The position numbers and the translations under genes were made by a program. The notes under the pieces are model-generated. The model worked only from the letters and a program-made list of their open reading frames with translations. It had not been told where the DNA came from and did no database searches. From positions 1 to 38,742 of the forward strand of contig CAZSWP010000035.1 in assembly GCA_964610875.1 (NCBI GenBank): DNA of 38,742 nucleotides, written 5' to 3'. The stretch comes from an uncultured archaeon (GTDB lineage: Archaea > Asgardarchaeota > Thorarchaeia > Thorarchaeales > Thorarchaeaceae). Positions 18,305-28,589 of the stretch are shown piece by piece. Every line of letters begins with the position of its first letter. Position 1 is the first letter of the stretch.

Positions 18305-19405
18305 ATGAAGGTGGGTATTGTAAGCAAATTCCATGCAGCAGATGGGTTATGTGTTAGGGCCAACGGTGTTTTGAAGGGACTAGTTGAGCGAGGACATGAT
18401 GTGCATGTATTTACTCAATCAAAGAGAGTAGAAGGAATACCACCTGAGAATATTCACAGATATCGCGCAGTACAACTAAATCCACATTTCTCCATTGATG
18501 CGGTAGATGCTGTAAAGGGAATCGTAAAAGATTGTAATCAGCTTAAAATAGAGGCGTTACATGTTCAAATGAATTCAGGAAGCACGGAATTTATTCTTCC
18601 ATATTTCAAAAATTCCTTACCACCATTAGTTGTAACATTCCATCTAGCATATGCAGCAGGAGCATCACTCTATACTATGTTGTTTGGTGTGGCATGGCGT
18701 GCATCTGCTTTTGCTGCAAAGAAATACGATGAGATAATCCTTGTTGATCCATCTCAATTAGCATATATGGAGAACTATGGCATCACCAGAAACAGGATGA
18801 CAGTGATAAGAAACTGGGTGCACACTGATTTATTCACTCCTGCTGAAGAGAAGCGTGAAAAAGAGGTAGTTGATTTTGTATATGTGGGGCGATTGAGCTA
18901 TGACAAGGGAGTGAACATACTTCTTGAAGCATTCAGAGTGTATCATAAAGAGAATAAAAAATCGAGACTCACACTCATCGGTGATGGTATGCTCAAACAT
19001 CAAATTCAGGAGTATAATAGTAATGGGAGTATAAGATGGTTAGGAACAGTTCCACACTCAGAACTCCCAAATATATTACAGAGAATGGATGTCTTCGTGA
19101 TTCCACAAAACATTGGAGGATTAGGGCTTGGTGTAATGGAAGCCATGGGTTGTGGTCTACCTGTTATAACCACAGGAATAGGAGAAACAATTCGGTTACT
19201 AAATGAAGATGAAGGCATTCTGGTAGAACCCAATAGTGTCAAAGAAGTTACAGATGCTATGAAACAATTGGGTGGTAATAGGGAACTACGAACAGAAATG
19301 GGAAGAAGATGTAGAGAGAAGATTGTTAGAAAGTATTCCTGGGAAAATCAAATGCTGTCAATTGAAAATGTGTATGAGCGAGCAGCAGCAAGTCGAATGT
19401 TATGA
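18305..19405 (+). CDS. Glycosyltransferase family 4
   Basis: RGHDVHVFT, YVGRLSYDKG, IGDG, GLGVMEAMGCGLPVI, YSWE. Confidence 0.92.
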   Translation: MKVGIVSKFHAADGLCVRANGVLKGLVERGHDVHVFTQSKRVEGIPPENIHRYRAVQLNPHFSIDAVDAVKGIVKDCNQLKIEALHVQMNSGSTEFILPYFKNSLPPLVVTFHLAYAAGASLYTMLFGVAWRASAFAAKKYDEIILVDPSQLAYMENYGITRNRMTVIRNWVHTDLFTPAEEKREKEVVDFVYVGRLSYDKGVNILLEAFRVYHKENKKSRLTLIGDGMLKHQIQEYNSNGSIRWLGTVPHSELPNILQRMDVFVIPQNIGGLGLGVMEAMGCGLPVITTGIGETIRLLNEDEGILVEPNSVKEVTDAMKQLGGNRELRTEMGRRCREKIVRKYSWENQMLSIENVYERAAASRML

Positions 19406-19459
19406 GAAAAGACCTATAGCCAAAATACACCCTCAAATGATTATCAATAATAAAACAAT

Positions 19460-20761
19460 ATGGTGATTTCAATGCTGCACATGCGTTTCATCAGAGATAA
19501 TGTCGATTTAATCAAAGAGAGCATAAAAAGAAGAAAAGACCCGCAAAAATTGAAGGAGTTCGAGAGACTCCTACGTCTTGATGAAAAAGTGAGAGCTCTG
19601 AACAGGGATATACAAGATCTTCGTGCAGATAGAAATAGGCTATCTCGTAAGGTAGGACAATTGAAAAAATCTGGCGGGGACGCATCCGACATTATCAAAA
19701 AGGTGAATGGAATCAACGAGAAAATCGCCAAGAAAGAAGAAGAAGCTGAATCTCTAGAGAGAGAGCTAACCACAATACAGATGAGTATTCCAAACGTACT
19801 ACATGAATCTGTACCTTACGGAGAGAGTGATGAAGACAACGTTGTTGTTAGAGAGTGGGGAGGAAGACCTGAAAGGGACTTTGAGGTTGTAAGTCATGTA
19901 GATTTACTTGAAACTCTTGACCTCGCCGATATTGAACGTGCAGCCAAAGTCGCTGGATCTCGGTTTTATTATTTGAAAAACGAGTTGGTTATGCTCGATC
20001 TTGCAATGCAACAGATGGCCATGAACATGCTCATCAAAAAAGACTTCACTCCAATCTATCCACCATTCATGATGCGAAGAGATCCCTATGAGGGCGTGGT
20101 TGATCTTGCAGATTTTGAGAATGTCATGTACAAGATTGAGAATGAGGACCTCTATCTGATTGCAACTGCCGAACATCCAGTTGCTGCAATGTATATGAAT
20201 GAGGTCTTTGAACCAACAGAGCTACCAATGCGTTTTGCGGGCATAAGTTCCTGTTTCAGAAAGGAAGCGGGCACGCATGGGAAAGATACCAAAGGAATCT
20301 TCCGAGTGCATCAGTTCCCTAAAGTTGAGCAGTTTGTCTTCAGTCTACCGGAGGATTCATGGAAAATCCACGAGAAGTTGATTGAAAATCATGAAGAGTA
20401 CTTCCAAAAGCTAGAACTACCATATAGAATAGTGAATGTCTGCACCGGAGACCTTGGAACCGTTGCTGCAAAGAAATATGATCTGGAAGTATGGATGCCA
20501 GGTCAAAGAAGATATCGAGAAGCTGGCTCATGCAGCAACTGTACTGCATATCAAGCAACTAGACTGAACATTAGATATCGATTGAAGAAGGGCGGTACTG
20601 ACAAAGATTACTTGCACACCTTAAATTCAACCATGGTAGCAAATCCTAGGACGATAGTAGCAATACTTGAAAACTACCAACAAGAGGATGGCGGTGTGAA
20701 GATACCAAAGGCACTACACAAGTATCTGCCGTCTGATATGGGAGAGATAGCACCTAAGTAA
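19460..20761 (+). CDS. serS: Serine-tRNA ligase (standard type)
   Basis: N-terminal coiled coil, LIATAEHP, CFRKEAGTHGKDTKGIFRVHQF.KVEQ, YRE..SCSNC, HTLNST. Confidence 0.97.
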   Translation: MVISMLHMRFIRDNVDLIKESIKRRKDPQKLKEFERLLRLDEKVRALNRDIQDLRADRNRLSRKVGQLKKSGGDASDIIKKVNGINEKIAKKEEEAESLERELTTIQMSIPNVLHESVPYGESDEDNVVVREWGGRPERDFEVVSHVDLLETLDLADIERAAKVAGSRFYYLKNELVMLDLAMQQMAMNMLIKKDFTPIYPPFMMRRDPYEGVVDLADFENVMYKIENEDLYLIATAEHPVAAMYMNEVFEPTELPMRFAGISSCFRKEAGTHGKDTKGIFRVHQFPKVEQFVFSLPEDSWKIHEKLIENHEEYFQKLELPYRIVNVCTGDLGTVAAKKYDLEVWMPGQRRYREAGSCSNCTAYQATRLNIRYRLKKGGTDKDYLHTLNSTMVANPRTIVAILENYQQEDGGVKIPKALHKYLPSDMGEIAPK

Positions 20762-20777
20762 GCTATATGATTCTATA

Positions 20778-22010
20778 TCACATGCCTCCTTCTAGAGCCA
20801 ATGAAACAGCCTCATCAATTGATTTTTGAAGTGCTGGAGGTAAATCAGGGACTTTTAGTTTGGCAAATCCACCGACTATGAGAGATGTTGCCTCATCTTC
20901 ACTTAATCCTCTAGACATGAGGTAGTTAAGCTGTTCAGCACCTACCTTTCCAACTGTTGCTTCATGGCTCAATTCAGTACCATCCGCACGTGCATTAAGC
21001 ATTGGAACAGCCCTTATTGCAGCCTCGTCACTTAGTAGAAGTCCATCACACTCTAATCTTGCACGGGTCTGTCCGGAGAGACCAACAAGATCACCACGAG
21101 CGATTATCTCACATGTATCAGTAGCGATTGACCGCGAGATGACTTTTCCATTACACTTTGGAGCTTCAAGACTAAGCAACCCACCTACATCATATAGTGA
21201 GTTAGCACTCCCATAAATTACAGAATACAAATCGGCTTTTGCACCACGTCCAGCTAATCGGACTTTGGGGAATGTCTGTATAGATTTCAAGGAACTCAGA
21301 ATTGCATAACTTGACAGATACAATCCTCCTTCTTCAACAACTGCAGCAGACCTCGGTCTGACATCGGTCATCTCACTCCATTTGTGAACCATTGTAAACG
21401 AAAGTTTTGCATCCCGTTTGATATAGAATTCTGATACTCCTAAGTGAAGGGACCGTTCTACATTCGACGGAGTAGCACAACCTGTAATGATGTGCATCTC
21501 TGAGCCCTCTTCCGCGATTATGATGTTATGCACATTTTGAAGAGATTTGTCACGCTTCATCACAAGACAAGTCTGTACTGGCATCTCAATCTTCACACCA
21601 GCATGAGCCCGTATGAAATATCCATCATATCTCTGCAGCTCACTTGTTGCAGTGTATTTGTCAGTATCGACAGATACAGCATTCCAAAGATAGTCATGCA
21701 GCCAGTCATATTTCCTTAGTGCTTCACTCACAGGAAGCACCTCAAGACCTTCTTGTTTTATCAGTACATCAGCTAAGATGCTCTCATTATCAAATTGTAT
21801 GAATGAGCCCGAAACACTCCTCTGCTCGGTATCAAATCCTACACCTTTCACGATGTCTTTGTCTGATGTGGATAGCTCATCAACAGCATCAATTCTTTTT
21901 GGTTCGGAAGCACTGGCAGTGTATTCCTCGATATCAAGGTCAGGACCATAACTAGCTTGACGCTTCTCAGCAGTCTTTGCACGTTCTTTGATTTTATCTG
22001 AAGAAGTCAT
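20778..22010 (-). CDS. sufB: Fe-S cluster assembly scaffold SufB/SufD family (SmsB-like)
   Basis: QNVHNIIIAEEGS..IITGC, HLGVSEFY, LECDGLLL, ELSHEATVGK, YLMSRGL.EDEA. Confidence 0.9.
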   Translation of the reverse strand: MTSSDKIKERAKTAEKRQASYGPDLDIEEYTASASEPKRIDAVDELSTSDKDIVKGVGFDTEQRSVSGSFIQFDNESILADVLIKQEGLEVLPVSEALRKYDWLHDYLWNAVSVDTDKYTATSELQRYDGYFIRAHAGVKIEMPVQTCLVMKRDKSLQNVHNIIIAEEGSEMHIITGCATPSNVERSLHLGVSEFYIKRDAKLSFTMVHKWSEMTDVRPRSAAVVEEGGLYLSSYAILSSLKSIQTFPKVRLAGRGAKADLYSVIYGSANSLYDVGGLLSLEAPKCNGKVISRSIATDTCEIIARGDLVGLSGQTRARLECDGLLLSDEAAIRAVPMLNARADGTELSHEATVGKVGAEQLNYLMSRGLSEDEATSLIVGGFAKLKVPDLPPALQKSIDEAVSLALEGGM

Positions 22011-22029
22011 TTATCTCACTCCAACTCCA

Positions 22030-22800
22030 CTAAGCAACAACCTCTGCTAGGAACCTATCATAGCCCTTCTTTTCAAGTACAGGTATATCCTCCATAGTGC
22101 CCGTGTATGCCAGTCGTCCATTCTGAAGAATATAGACGGTATCAACCTCAAGGAACTCAAGGACATAACGATGATGACTGATGACAATCATAGTTGTTTC
22201 GCGACTGTCACGAATCTCCTTGAGCTCACGCCCAACTATACGTAATGAGTCATAGTCAAGGCCACTATCCGGTTCATCCAAAAACATCACTTTTGGTCTC
22301 ATGGAGAGAACTTGAAAAAGTTCGCTTCGTTTGAGTTCACCACCTGAAAAATTATCATTCAGGTCACGGGAGGCAAGATTTCCAATACCAAGACGCTCAA
22401 AATCATCATACAATTCCTGCCGACACATACAAGTTTCACCCATTAACTTATCATCATCTGCCTTGCATTGATAGTCAGGACAAATGCGACAAATAAAATC
22501 CTCAAGTTTGACGCCGGGAATAGATGGCGGTGCCTGAAAGGCGTAAGCTATGCCCATCTTCGCACGTTCCGTAATACCCTTGCTAAGAATTGAATTACCT
22601 TCAAAGAGAATGTCGCCGCCCGACACTTCGTACTCGGGTATACCCATGACTGCCTTAGCTAGAGTTGATTTTCCTGATGCATTAGGACCTAGTACAGCAT
22701 ATACATTTCCGCTCTCGAATTCTAAATCAAGTCCACTAATTATTGGAAGACCTTGCACTTCAACTCGTAAATCACGAACTTCAAGCAATAGGTTTGTCAT
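22030..22800 (-). CDS. sufC: Fe-S cluster assembly ABC ATPase SufC (SmsC-like)
   Basis: GPNASGKST, ITERAKMGI.YAFQ.P, FSGGELKRSE, LDEPDSGLD. Confidence 0.92.
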   Translation of the reverse strand: MTNLLLEVRDLRVEVQGLPIISGLDLEFESGNVYAVLGPNASGKSTLAKAVMGIPEYEVSGGDILFEGNSILSKGITERAKMGIAYAFQAPPSIPGVKLEDFICRICPDYQCKADDDKLMGETCMCRQELYDDFERLGIGNLASRDLNDNFSGGELKRSELFQVLSMRPKVMFLDEPDSGLDYDSLRIVGRELKEIRDSRETTMIVISHHRYVLEFLEVDTVYILQNGRLAYTGTMEDIPVLEKKGYDRFLAEVVA

Positions 22801-22880
22801 AGTAAGTACTCCAAATCAAATCATATAATGAAAGTCATTGTGATGTTTATTGCACTTGTGTCTTATCATAGCACTAAAGG

Positions 22881-22975
22881 TTATTCTTTTTCACTCAAGA
22901 GTTCTGCTACCTTCTCAGAACTCCAAGAAACGTATTCGTCACATCGATTTCTGAGTTCATATGGATGAAACCTCT
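22881..22975 (-). pseudogene. Possible gene remnant (C-terminus resembling C-GCAxxG-C-C family proteins)
   Basis: The minus frame reads HPYELRNRCDEYVSWSSEKVAELLSEKE-stop, with an upstream stop and no usable start. Confidence 0.3.
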
Positions 22976-23143
22976 AGTGTCCTACAGGCGCCATTTCGAC
23001 ATAAAGAAAGTTCATTTGAAGTTTCCATGAGAATCCGATTGCTTGTCCAATAATACCTTTTGAAAAATCTTGATGTATTGCACCTATTCCACCATAGGAC
23101 TATGCTTTTAAATTACAATTGGCAATGACAGTCGGTTGTTATC

Positions 23144-23611
23144 ATGTCAGTGCAGGATTCATTCAATAAGCTCATCTCACTTGCGATTCGACGGGAAGAA
23201 GAGGCTTATGAGTTCTATAAAGAAGCATCCAAAAACGCGGATTTAGCATCTTCAGCTAAACTGCTTGAGAAACTTGCTCAACAAGAGGTGGGGCACAAAA
23301 AGAAACTTGAGAATGCTCTTCAAGGAGGAGTGTGTGATACCTTCACCTGTAAGACTGTTGCGGAAGTTGAGGAAACAGGATTAAGTGAATATCTTGTCGA
23401 AGTCCCAATTGATTCATCATCCTCGCCGCAAGACATTCTAGTTGTAGCAATGAAGCGAGAAGAGGCATCATTTAATTTCTATCAAGCTCTGTCTGAATTA
23501 ACAACAGACACGAATAATCGTACTGTGTTTGAAACTCTTGCAGAAGAGGAACAGGAACACAAAGAGATTCTAGAAGAAATGTATGACAAGCATTTTCAAC
23601 AGTGGATGTAA
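23144..23611 (+). CDS. Ferritin-like / rubrerythrin-family di-iron protein
   Basis: Duplicated AI.REEEA..FY ... LA..E..H motifs. Confidence 0.9.
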   Translation: MSVQDSFNKLISLAIRREEEAYEFYKEASKNADLASSAKLLEKLAQQEVGHKKKLENALQGGVCDTFTCKTVAEVEETGLSEYLVEVPIDSSSSPQDILVVAMKREEASFNFYQALSELTTDTNNRTVFETLAEEEQEHKEILEEMYDKHFQQWM

Positions 23612-23625
23612 GTCCAAAATAAGAG

Positions 23626-23670
23626 GCGGCGGAGGGTGAATTCACCCTTCCACACCGCATTTCTTTTTTC
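23626..23670. terminator. Strong hairpin plus T-tract between convergent genes
   Basis: Perfect 16-bp palindrome AGGGTGAATTCACCCT closed by GCGG/CCGC, followed by TTTCTTTTTT. Confidence 0.7.
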
Positions 23671-23671
23671 T

Positions 23672-24952
23672 CTATTTTCTATGTAGTTTTGGTGCAGCTA
23701 CAAAGGTCAACCCTTTCTTAGTGAGCTCATCAGCGGTTCGATTCAAAGCATGATGCTTGTCAAGATAATTCCGACGCATATGAGGCATGTCACCACTATC
23801 AATGACTTCCTGTTTAGGCCTGAAGTAATCGAGAATGTCACTTGGGTGTTCACGGGTCTTGTCAATCTCAGGTATTGCTCCTTCATGTTTTGCACTGATA
23901 TTCTTCACATGGTCTGCTAACTCAACAATCTCCATTGTACGATCATATGGTTGTCTGACAATAGACTTGTAGGTCTCCGTGATATGATGCTCAATACGAA
24001 CAACCTCTTCGAAACCTAATTGTTCTCTCACATAAGCAGATAATTCAATGGTTTCATTGTTCACACTATTTGAGAGGTTGAATCCAATTAGGGGAGTCGT
24101 ACCATCATCTCGACTGAATAACTTAGCAGTCAATAATGTCCAAAGACATGCATAGGGATTGTCATTACCCATATAGACTGAAATTTTGAATTCCATGTCA
24201 ATGCCTAATTTGTGCATCATATATCCAATGAGTACACTACCTGGATTTATGTTAAGGACCTGCTTTATTCCATAGGTGGTATAATATTTCAGATACTCTT
24301 CCGCCCATTTCAGTGCAAATTCATTGGGCATTCCAACACCGCCAAAGTAACCAGTTATCGTTTCAGGACCACCTAGATGTATATTGACAGGAGCTCCATC
24401 TGGACCGGGGTAAGTCCCCTTTGTGTCAAGAGTTTCAACATATGAAGAACCGCAGATTTGCATAGCAGCTGCGAACGCGAGTACCTGATTGTCAGCAACT
24501 TGTTCAGCCATATTCCTTACCCGAATAAATCGCCCAGGCATCAATTCTTGCTTCTCAACACTTTGCTTCGCCTGATCGATAAGCCAGGGGAAATACTGGC
24601 AGGCACTTATCTCCAGAGTTACTGCAAAGGATTCGTCAAACTCCATTGATTCGGCTTTATCACCTAGAATGCGTCGTCTATACTCAGGAATACTGATGAA
24701 AGCATCATTATCCCTCTGTTCCAACAGCCATTGCAAGTCCTTCACATATGGAGAGTTCTTACCTTCAAGTTGAGAAATTAGATTATCGAATTCTCTAGCT
24801 TCTTCTGCTTGCTTATTGATTTTATCCACTCCACCATATTTATCGATTATCTCGAGTATTCCGGTGATTAATGGATTATCTTCAGCAAGAAGAAAATCGT
24901 TAATCTCGTTAATACGGTTAGGGTCTATCCTCAGTTTCTTTCTATCAACCAT
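23672..24952 (-). CDS. Hypothetical protein (426 aa), enzyme-like
   Basis: Long ORF with Gly/His-rich motifs (SYVETLDTKGT, NIHLGGPETITGYFGG, RIEHHITE, SAKHEG); family not identified. Confidence 0.8.
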   Translation of the reverse strand: MVDRKKLRIDPNRINEINDFLLAEDNPLITGILEIIDKYGGVDKINKQAEEAREFDNLISQLEGKNSPYVKDLQWLLEQRDNDAFISIPEYRRRILGDKAESMEFDESFAVTLEISACQYFPWLIDQAKQSVEKQELMPGRFIRVRNMAEQVADNQVLAFAAAMQICGSSYVETLDTKGTYPGPDGAPVNIHLGGPETITGYFGGVGMPNEFALKWAEEYLKYYTTYGIKQVLNINPGSVLIGYMMHKLGIDMEFKISVYMGNDNPYACLWTLLTAKLFSRDDGTTPLIGFNLSNSVNNETIELSAYVREQLGFEEVVRIEHHITETYKSIVRQPYDRTMEIVELADHVKNISAKHEGAIPEIDKTREHPSDILDYFRPKQEVIDSGDMPHMRRNYLDKHHALNRTADELTKKGLTFVAAPKLHRK

Positions 24953-25056
24953 TTCTGAAACATCCAGAGTCAGCTTGCCTATTCTTGGGTCTCACTATGA
25001 CCTATCCCGATGAAAACATACATCCCTAAAAGAGGTTACCACTCCCAAAAAAATCC

Positions 25057-25644
25057 TCATCTGCCCACAACAAACTCAAGAAGATATCTACGTGCTATTG
25101 GCCCAACAGCGAGAGATACAACTCCACCTGCTATTACTTGAAGTGTATTGATAGTAATAAGCTCAAGAAAGGCTTGTTCCCAAGTAATCTGTAGAATATA
25201 GACTTCACCCAGAAAGTATCCAAGCAACATTGCAAGTGCGCCCATGGCTACACCAATGATATCCCACATTGTAATTCGAACTGCTCTTTGACAATAACGA
25301 GTTGCAAGACCAACCAAGAAACCTTCAGTCCCTTTCACAACGAAAGTTAATGGAGCAAATGCAGCATAGCCAAGTGCAACATCACCAAGTGCTGAACCGA
25401 GACCACCAGCAATGAATCCACCTAGAGGTCCCAAAAGTATTCCACTTATCATGACAAGAGCGTCACCGAGATTAAAATAGCCACCAGTGTATGGAAATGG
25501 AATAACAATAACAATTGTAGCGACTGTCGTAAGAGCTGTGAAAATAGCAAGTAATGCGATGTAGACTGTTGTTCTATAATATCCTGTAGTACGGGAGGTT
25601 CCAACTTCAAGAACCAAATCATCATCAGAAACATCAGTTGTCAT
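25057..25644 (-). CDS. ECF transporter S component
   Basis: IPFPYTGGYFNLGD, GP..G..AGGLGSALGD, APLT..VKG.EG. Confidence 0.9.
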   Translation of the reverse strand: MTTDVSDDDLVLEVGTSRTTGYYRTTVYIALLAIFTALTTVATIVIVIPFPYTGGYFNLGDALVMISGILLGPLGGFIAGGLGSALGDVALGYAAFAPLTFVVKGTEGFLVGLATRYCQRAVRITMWDIIGVAMGALAMLLGYFLGEVYILQITWEQAFLELITINTLQVIAGGVVSLAVGPIARRYLLEFVVGR

Positions 25645-25833
25645 TAACGGTCATCTCTCTACCACGAACTGTGTACAGTTTTGTCTGAACACATATCATA
25701 ATCGCTTGGGGCTTGCATTTAACTTTGAGCTTTGAGGTAGACAAATCATTACAGAAGCGAAGTATTTTAACAAAAGCTGCGTATTCCTTTAGCACTGACA
25801 GAATTATTCTGTAATAAACAGAGGTTGAGAGAA

Positions 25834-26208
25834 ATGACAAAGAGCTGGATTCAGACAGACGACTGGAAAAACGAAAAACATGTTCCTGTGATTGAGATTG
25901 AGAAGGAGGGAGAACTCTACCATATTCATGTATCTGTAGGAAAAGAGATCCCACATCCAAATACTACCGCTCATCATATCAAATGGTGTGATCTTTTCTT
26001 CTGGCCTGAGGGTGAGAAGTTTCCTGTAGAGGTAGGATATGCTACCTTTGACCATCATGGTGAGTCTGTCAAAGGTGCAGATACGAGTGGTATGGCTTCA
26101 GAACCTCATGCACTTTTTGTCTTCAAAACAGGGAAGAAAGGTAGATTGATGGCTACTGCTTACTGCAATATCCACGGTCTGTGGAAGAGTGAAGCTGATT
26201 TAGAATAG
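25834..26208 (+). CDS. sor: Superoxide reductase (neelaredoxin/class II SORL)
   Basis: EKHVP, IPHPNT..HHI.W, YCNIHGLW; GAGG upstream of ATG 25834. Confidence 0.93.
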   Translation: MTKSWIQTDDWKNEKHVPVIEIEKEGELYHIHVSVGKEIPHPNTTAHHIKWCDLFFWPEGEKFPVEVGYATFDHHGESVKGADTSGMASEPHALFVFKTGKKGRLMATAYCNIHGLWKSEADLE

Positions 26209-26223
26209 TCGGGATAATACTAT

Positions 26224-26271
26224 TGGAACTCAACTACTCAGGTAGTTTGTAGTTCCATTTACTCTCTTTTT
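26224..26271 (+). terminator. Hairpin plus pyrimidine tract after sor
   Basis: TGGAACT-C-AACTAC / GTAGTT-TGT-AGTTCCA stem, then CTCTCTTTTT. Confidence 0.55.
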
Positions 26272-26284
26272 CTAACTGAAGTTT

Positions 26285-26893
26285 TTAACTCCACACAACC
26301 CAGCTTACTAGCTCAGCCTGTACTGCATTCTCTTTCATGAACTCTTCACGATATGCCTCATTCCTCAATTCAAGCCAAAGAAAACGCTGGTCACGGTCAG
26401 AACCTATCACTCTCAAATATTCTTTGAGAGGGTTAGTTCGAAAAGCATAAACTGAAGCAATAACGCTGAAAAAGAATGCGACACCAATTGATAGATTCAC
26501 AACATTGAGAGGGCGACCTAACCAGAAATCACTCCCAATCCAGAAAAATGAGAATAAAAAGAGTGAGAAGAGTAGCCCATTACTACATGCACAGAGTGTT
26601 TTGTAATTCATTTCTTCATCATCAGTGAATTTATGGTCTTCACATACATGTACCAAAAGGGCTCTTTTTCCCGAGAGTTTCTTTTTCAAATCCTGACCCC
26701 ATCTTGCACCCATGCTAGGTACTGCATTCTTATACAAGGTGAGCCGTGTGGTTTCATTGGCTTCCAAACCACAGACAGGACAGATTCGGGGAAAGCGCAT
26801 CTTATGAATTGGGACTTTTATCACTGGGGAATTGAAGGTTTCTTTTCGCAATCCGCTCACCTTATCAACTATGAAGATGCTTTTACAATCCAC
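26285..26893 (-). CDS. Membrane protein with putative Zn site (paralog 2)
   Basis: FPRICPVCG, VHVCEDH, two TM helices, YREEFMKENA. Confidence 0.75.
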   Translation of the reverse strand: MDCKSIFIVDKVSGLRKETFNSPVIKVPIHKMRFPRICPVCGLEANETTRLTLYKNAVPSMGARWGQDLKKKLSGKRALLVHVCEDHKFTDDEEMNYKTLCACSNGLLFSLFLFSFFWIGSDFWLGRPLNVVNLSIGVAFFFSVIASVYAFRTNPLKEYLRVIGSDRDQRFLWLELRNEAYREEFMKENAVQAELVSWVVWS

Positions 26894-27492
26894 TTTACAA
26901 GCTCTGCGTTCATAGCATTTTCTTCCATGAATGCTTCACGATACTCATCCAGTTTCATTTGAAGCCATACATTTTGTTCTCCCAAATCAAATCCAATTAC
27001 CTTAACTGACTGAGCAAGAGGACCTGCACGAAATGCCCAGACTGTTATGAACATGGCGAGAAAAAATGTCCCAACAACAGCGACTGGTATAGCATCTGGA
27101 ATGTGTCCAGCCCAAATATTGCCTCCAATTATGAGCATGGCAAACACAAAGAAGGCTGCAAGCAATCCGTCGCATATCAAACAGAATAATTTGTAGTGGG
27201 TATCGCCCTCATCTGATTGATAATGATCTTCACATACATGTAGCAGAAGTGTTTTGGGTGGAGTTTGACTTTCACGGAGTCGTCTACCAGCCACGGGATG
27301 TAGAGCAGGATCCCAAAATGTGGTCAAGTAACGTTTTCTGCTAGGGGTTGTGATAATTCTTGCAGGTTTAGTGGCGTCCTTTCCACATATTGGGCATATT
27401 CTGGGAAAGCGAACTTTTTCAAATGGGACTCGAACCAATGGTATGTCAAAGTACTCCTTCGTTGCCGTTAGGAACACACTCCGATAATGCAT
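26869..27492 (-). CDS. Membrane protein with putative Zn site (paralog 1)
   Basis: FPRICPICG, LHVCEDH, two TM helices, YREAFMEENA. Confidence 0.75.
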   Translation of the reverse strand: MHYRSVFLTATKEYFDIPLVRVPFEKVRFPRICPICGKDATKPARIITTPSRKRYLTTFWDPALHPVAGRRLRESQTPPKTLLLHVCEDHYQSDEGDTHYKLFCLICDGLLAAFFVFAMLIIGGNIWAGHIPDAIPVAVVGTFFLAMFITVWAFRAGPLAQSVKVIGFDLGEQNVWLQMKLDEYREAFMEENAMNAELVKWIVKASS

Positions 27493-27868
27493 TTCTGATG
27501 AATTCTACATTATTTAAATTATCGAACAAGGTAGATAATATTTTGACCACATTTTGTTCAGACTTCTGGTCATCAAGTCTCACAACAAGCATAGCCTATG
27601 ACCACTCTATGTATACGTGAAATACAATGGCACAAGCAAGTAATAATCAAGAATCACAAGAAAAGAAGAAACTCAAATCAAGAGCTTAAAACACAAAAGC
27701 ACTGAGCTATGCCTATCAAACGGTACTGCGGTGAATCAGTTGGCTTCTGAAAAATCTACTCATCATTGGTTTGATGAAGAAATAAGGACATCTCAATCAA
27801 CTAAGGCAATCGCTTCAGTGTTCTTCTCGAGGTAATTCAAAATGAAATACAGCATGAAGTGGAAGTTC

Positions 27869-28552
27869 TTAACAGGACTTTTCTTTTTTCCGAACAGCCG
27901 CCACGTGAATAAACCCTGCTTCGATATTCTTGCAGACGATATCTTTGAAACCAGGACATCTACTCCATCGCATGTTGTACTCACAGTTTTCACAGGTTCT
28001 AACCATCTCAAGTGCACGTTTTACAATTAGCACCATGATAAAAGCCATGTAGAGTCCATAGACAAGCAATATTTTTTCATGTAACATGTAATCTATAGAT
28101 CCACCTGCAATGATTATCGATAGTGAAACCATTGCAAAAGCAAAACCGAGAATGAACTTCTTGCCAATACGAATCTTTCTGTTTCTATCAATGCCTGATA
28201 ATCCAATAAAGAAATACAAGACTAGTCCAGATAGTCCACCATAGAATAACCAGAATCTATCAAAGAATAGTGGATGAAGAAGCCAAAGAAAAAGTAGGGA
28301 TGCTATTGCAATTAGAAAAGCGAATGTATTGAAGAAACATCCCATGCACCACTGCCGCCCTCTGAATGATATCGTGTGTTCAGAGAACTCGGTACAAAAT
28401 GGATGATGAGCGGTGAGAAGAGGGCTCATAATTTTAAGAAAAAGAAAAGGACGGCGAAGAATCATTCCAAAGTGGAATTCAAGCCGTCCCCTTGTTTCAT
28501 CAAAGATTATCTTATCACAATCTCGTTCTTGATGATTCTCTGACTCTACCAT
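27869..28552 (-). CDS. Cys/His-rich integral membrane protein
   Basis: HHPFC..H..WCMGC, four TM helices, CENC..C..C tail. Confidence 0.75.
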   Translation of the reverse strand: MVESENHQERDCDKIIFDETRGRLEFHFGMILRRPFLFLKIMSPLLTAHHPFCTEFSEHTISFRGRQWCMGCFFNTFAFLIAIASLLFLWLLHPLFFDRFWLFYGGLSGLVLYFFIGLSGIDRNRKIRIGKKFILGFAFAMVSLSIIIAGGSIDYMLHEKILLVYGLYMAFIMVLIVKRALEMVRTCENCEYNMRWSRCPGFKDIVCKNIEAGFIHVAAVRKKEKSC

Positions 28553-28589
28553 TGAAGGTCACGCATCATCAATCGGGAGTAGCGCTATT

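Noticed and set aside
23626-23670. Palindrome as a mobile element end or ncRNA
   Set aside because: Single copy between convergent stops with a T-tract; a terminator explains it.
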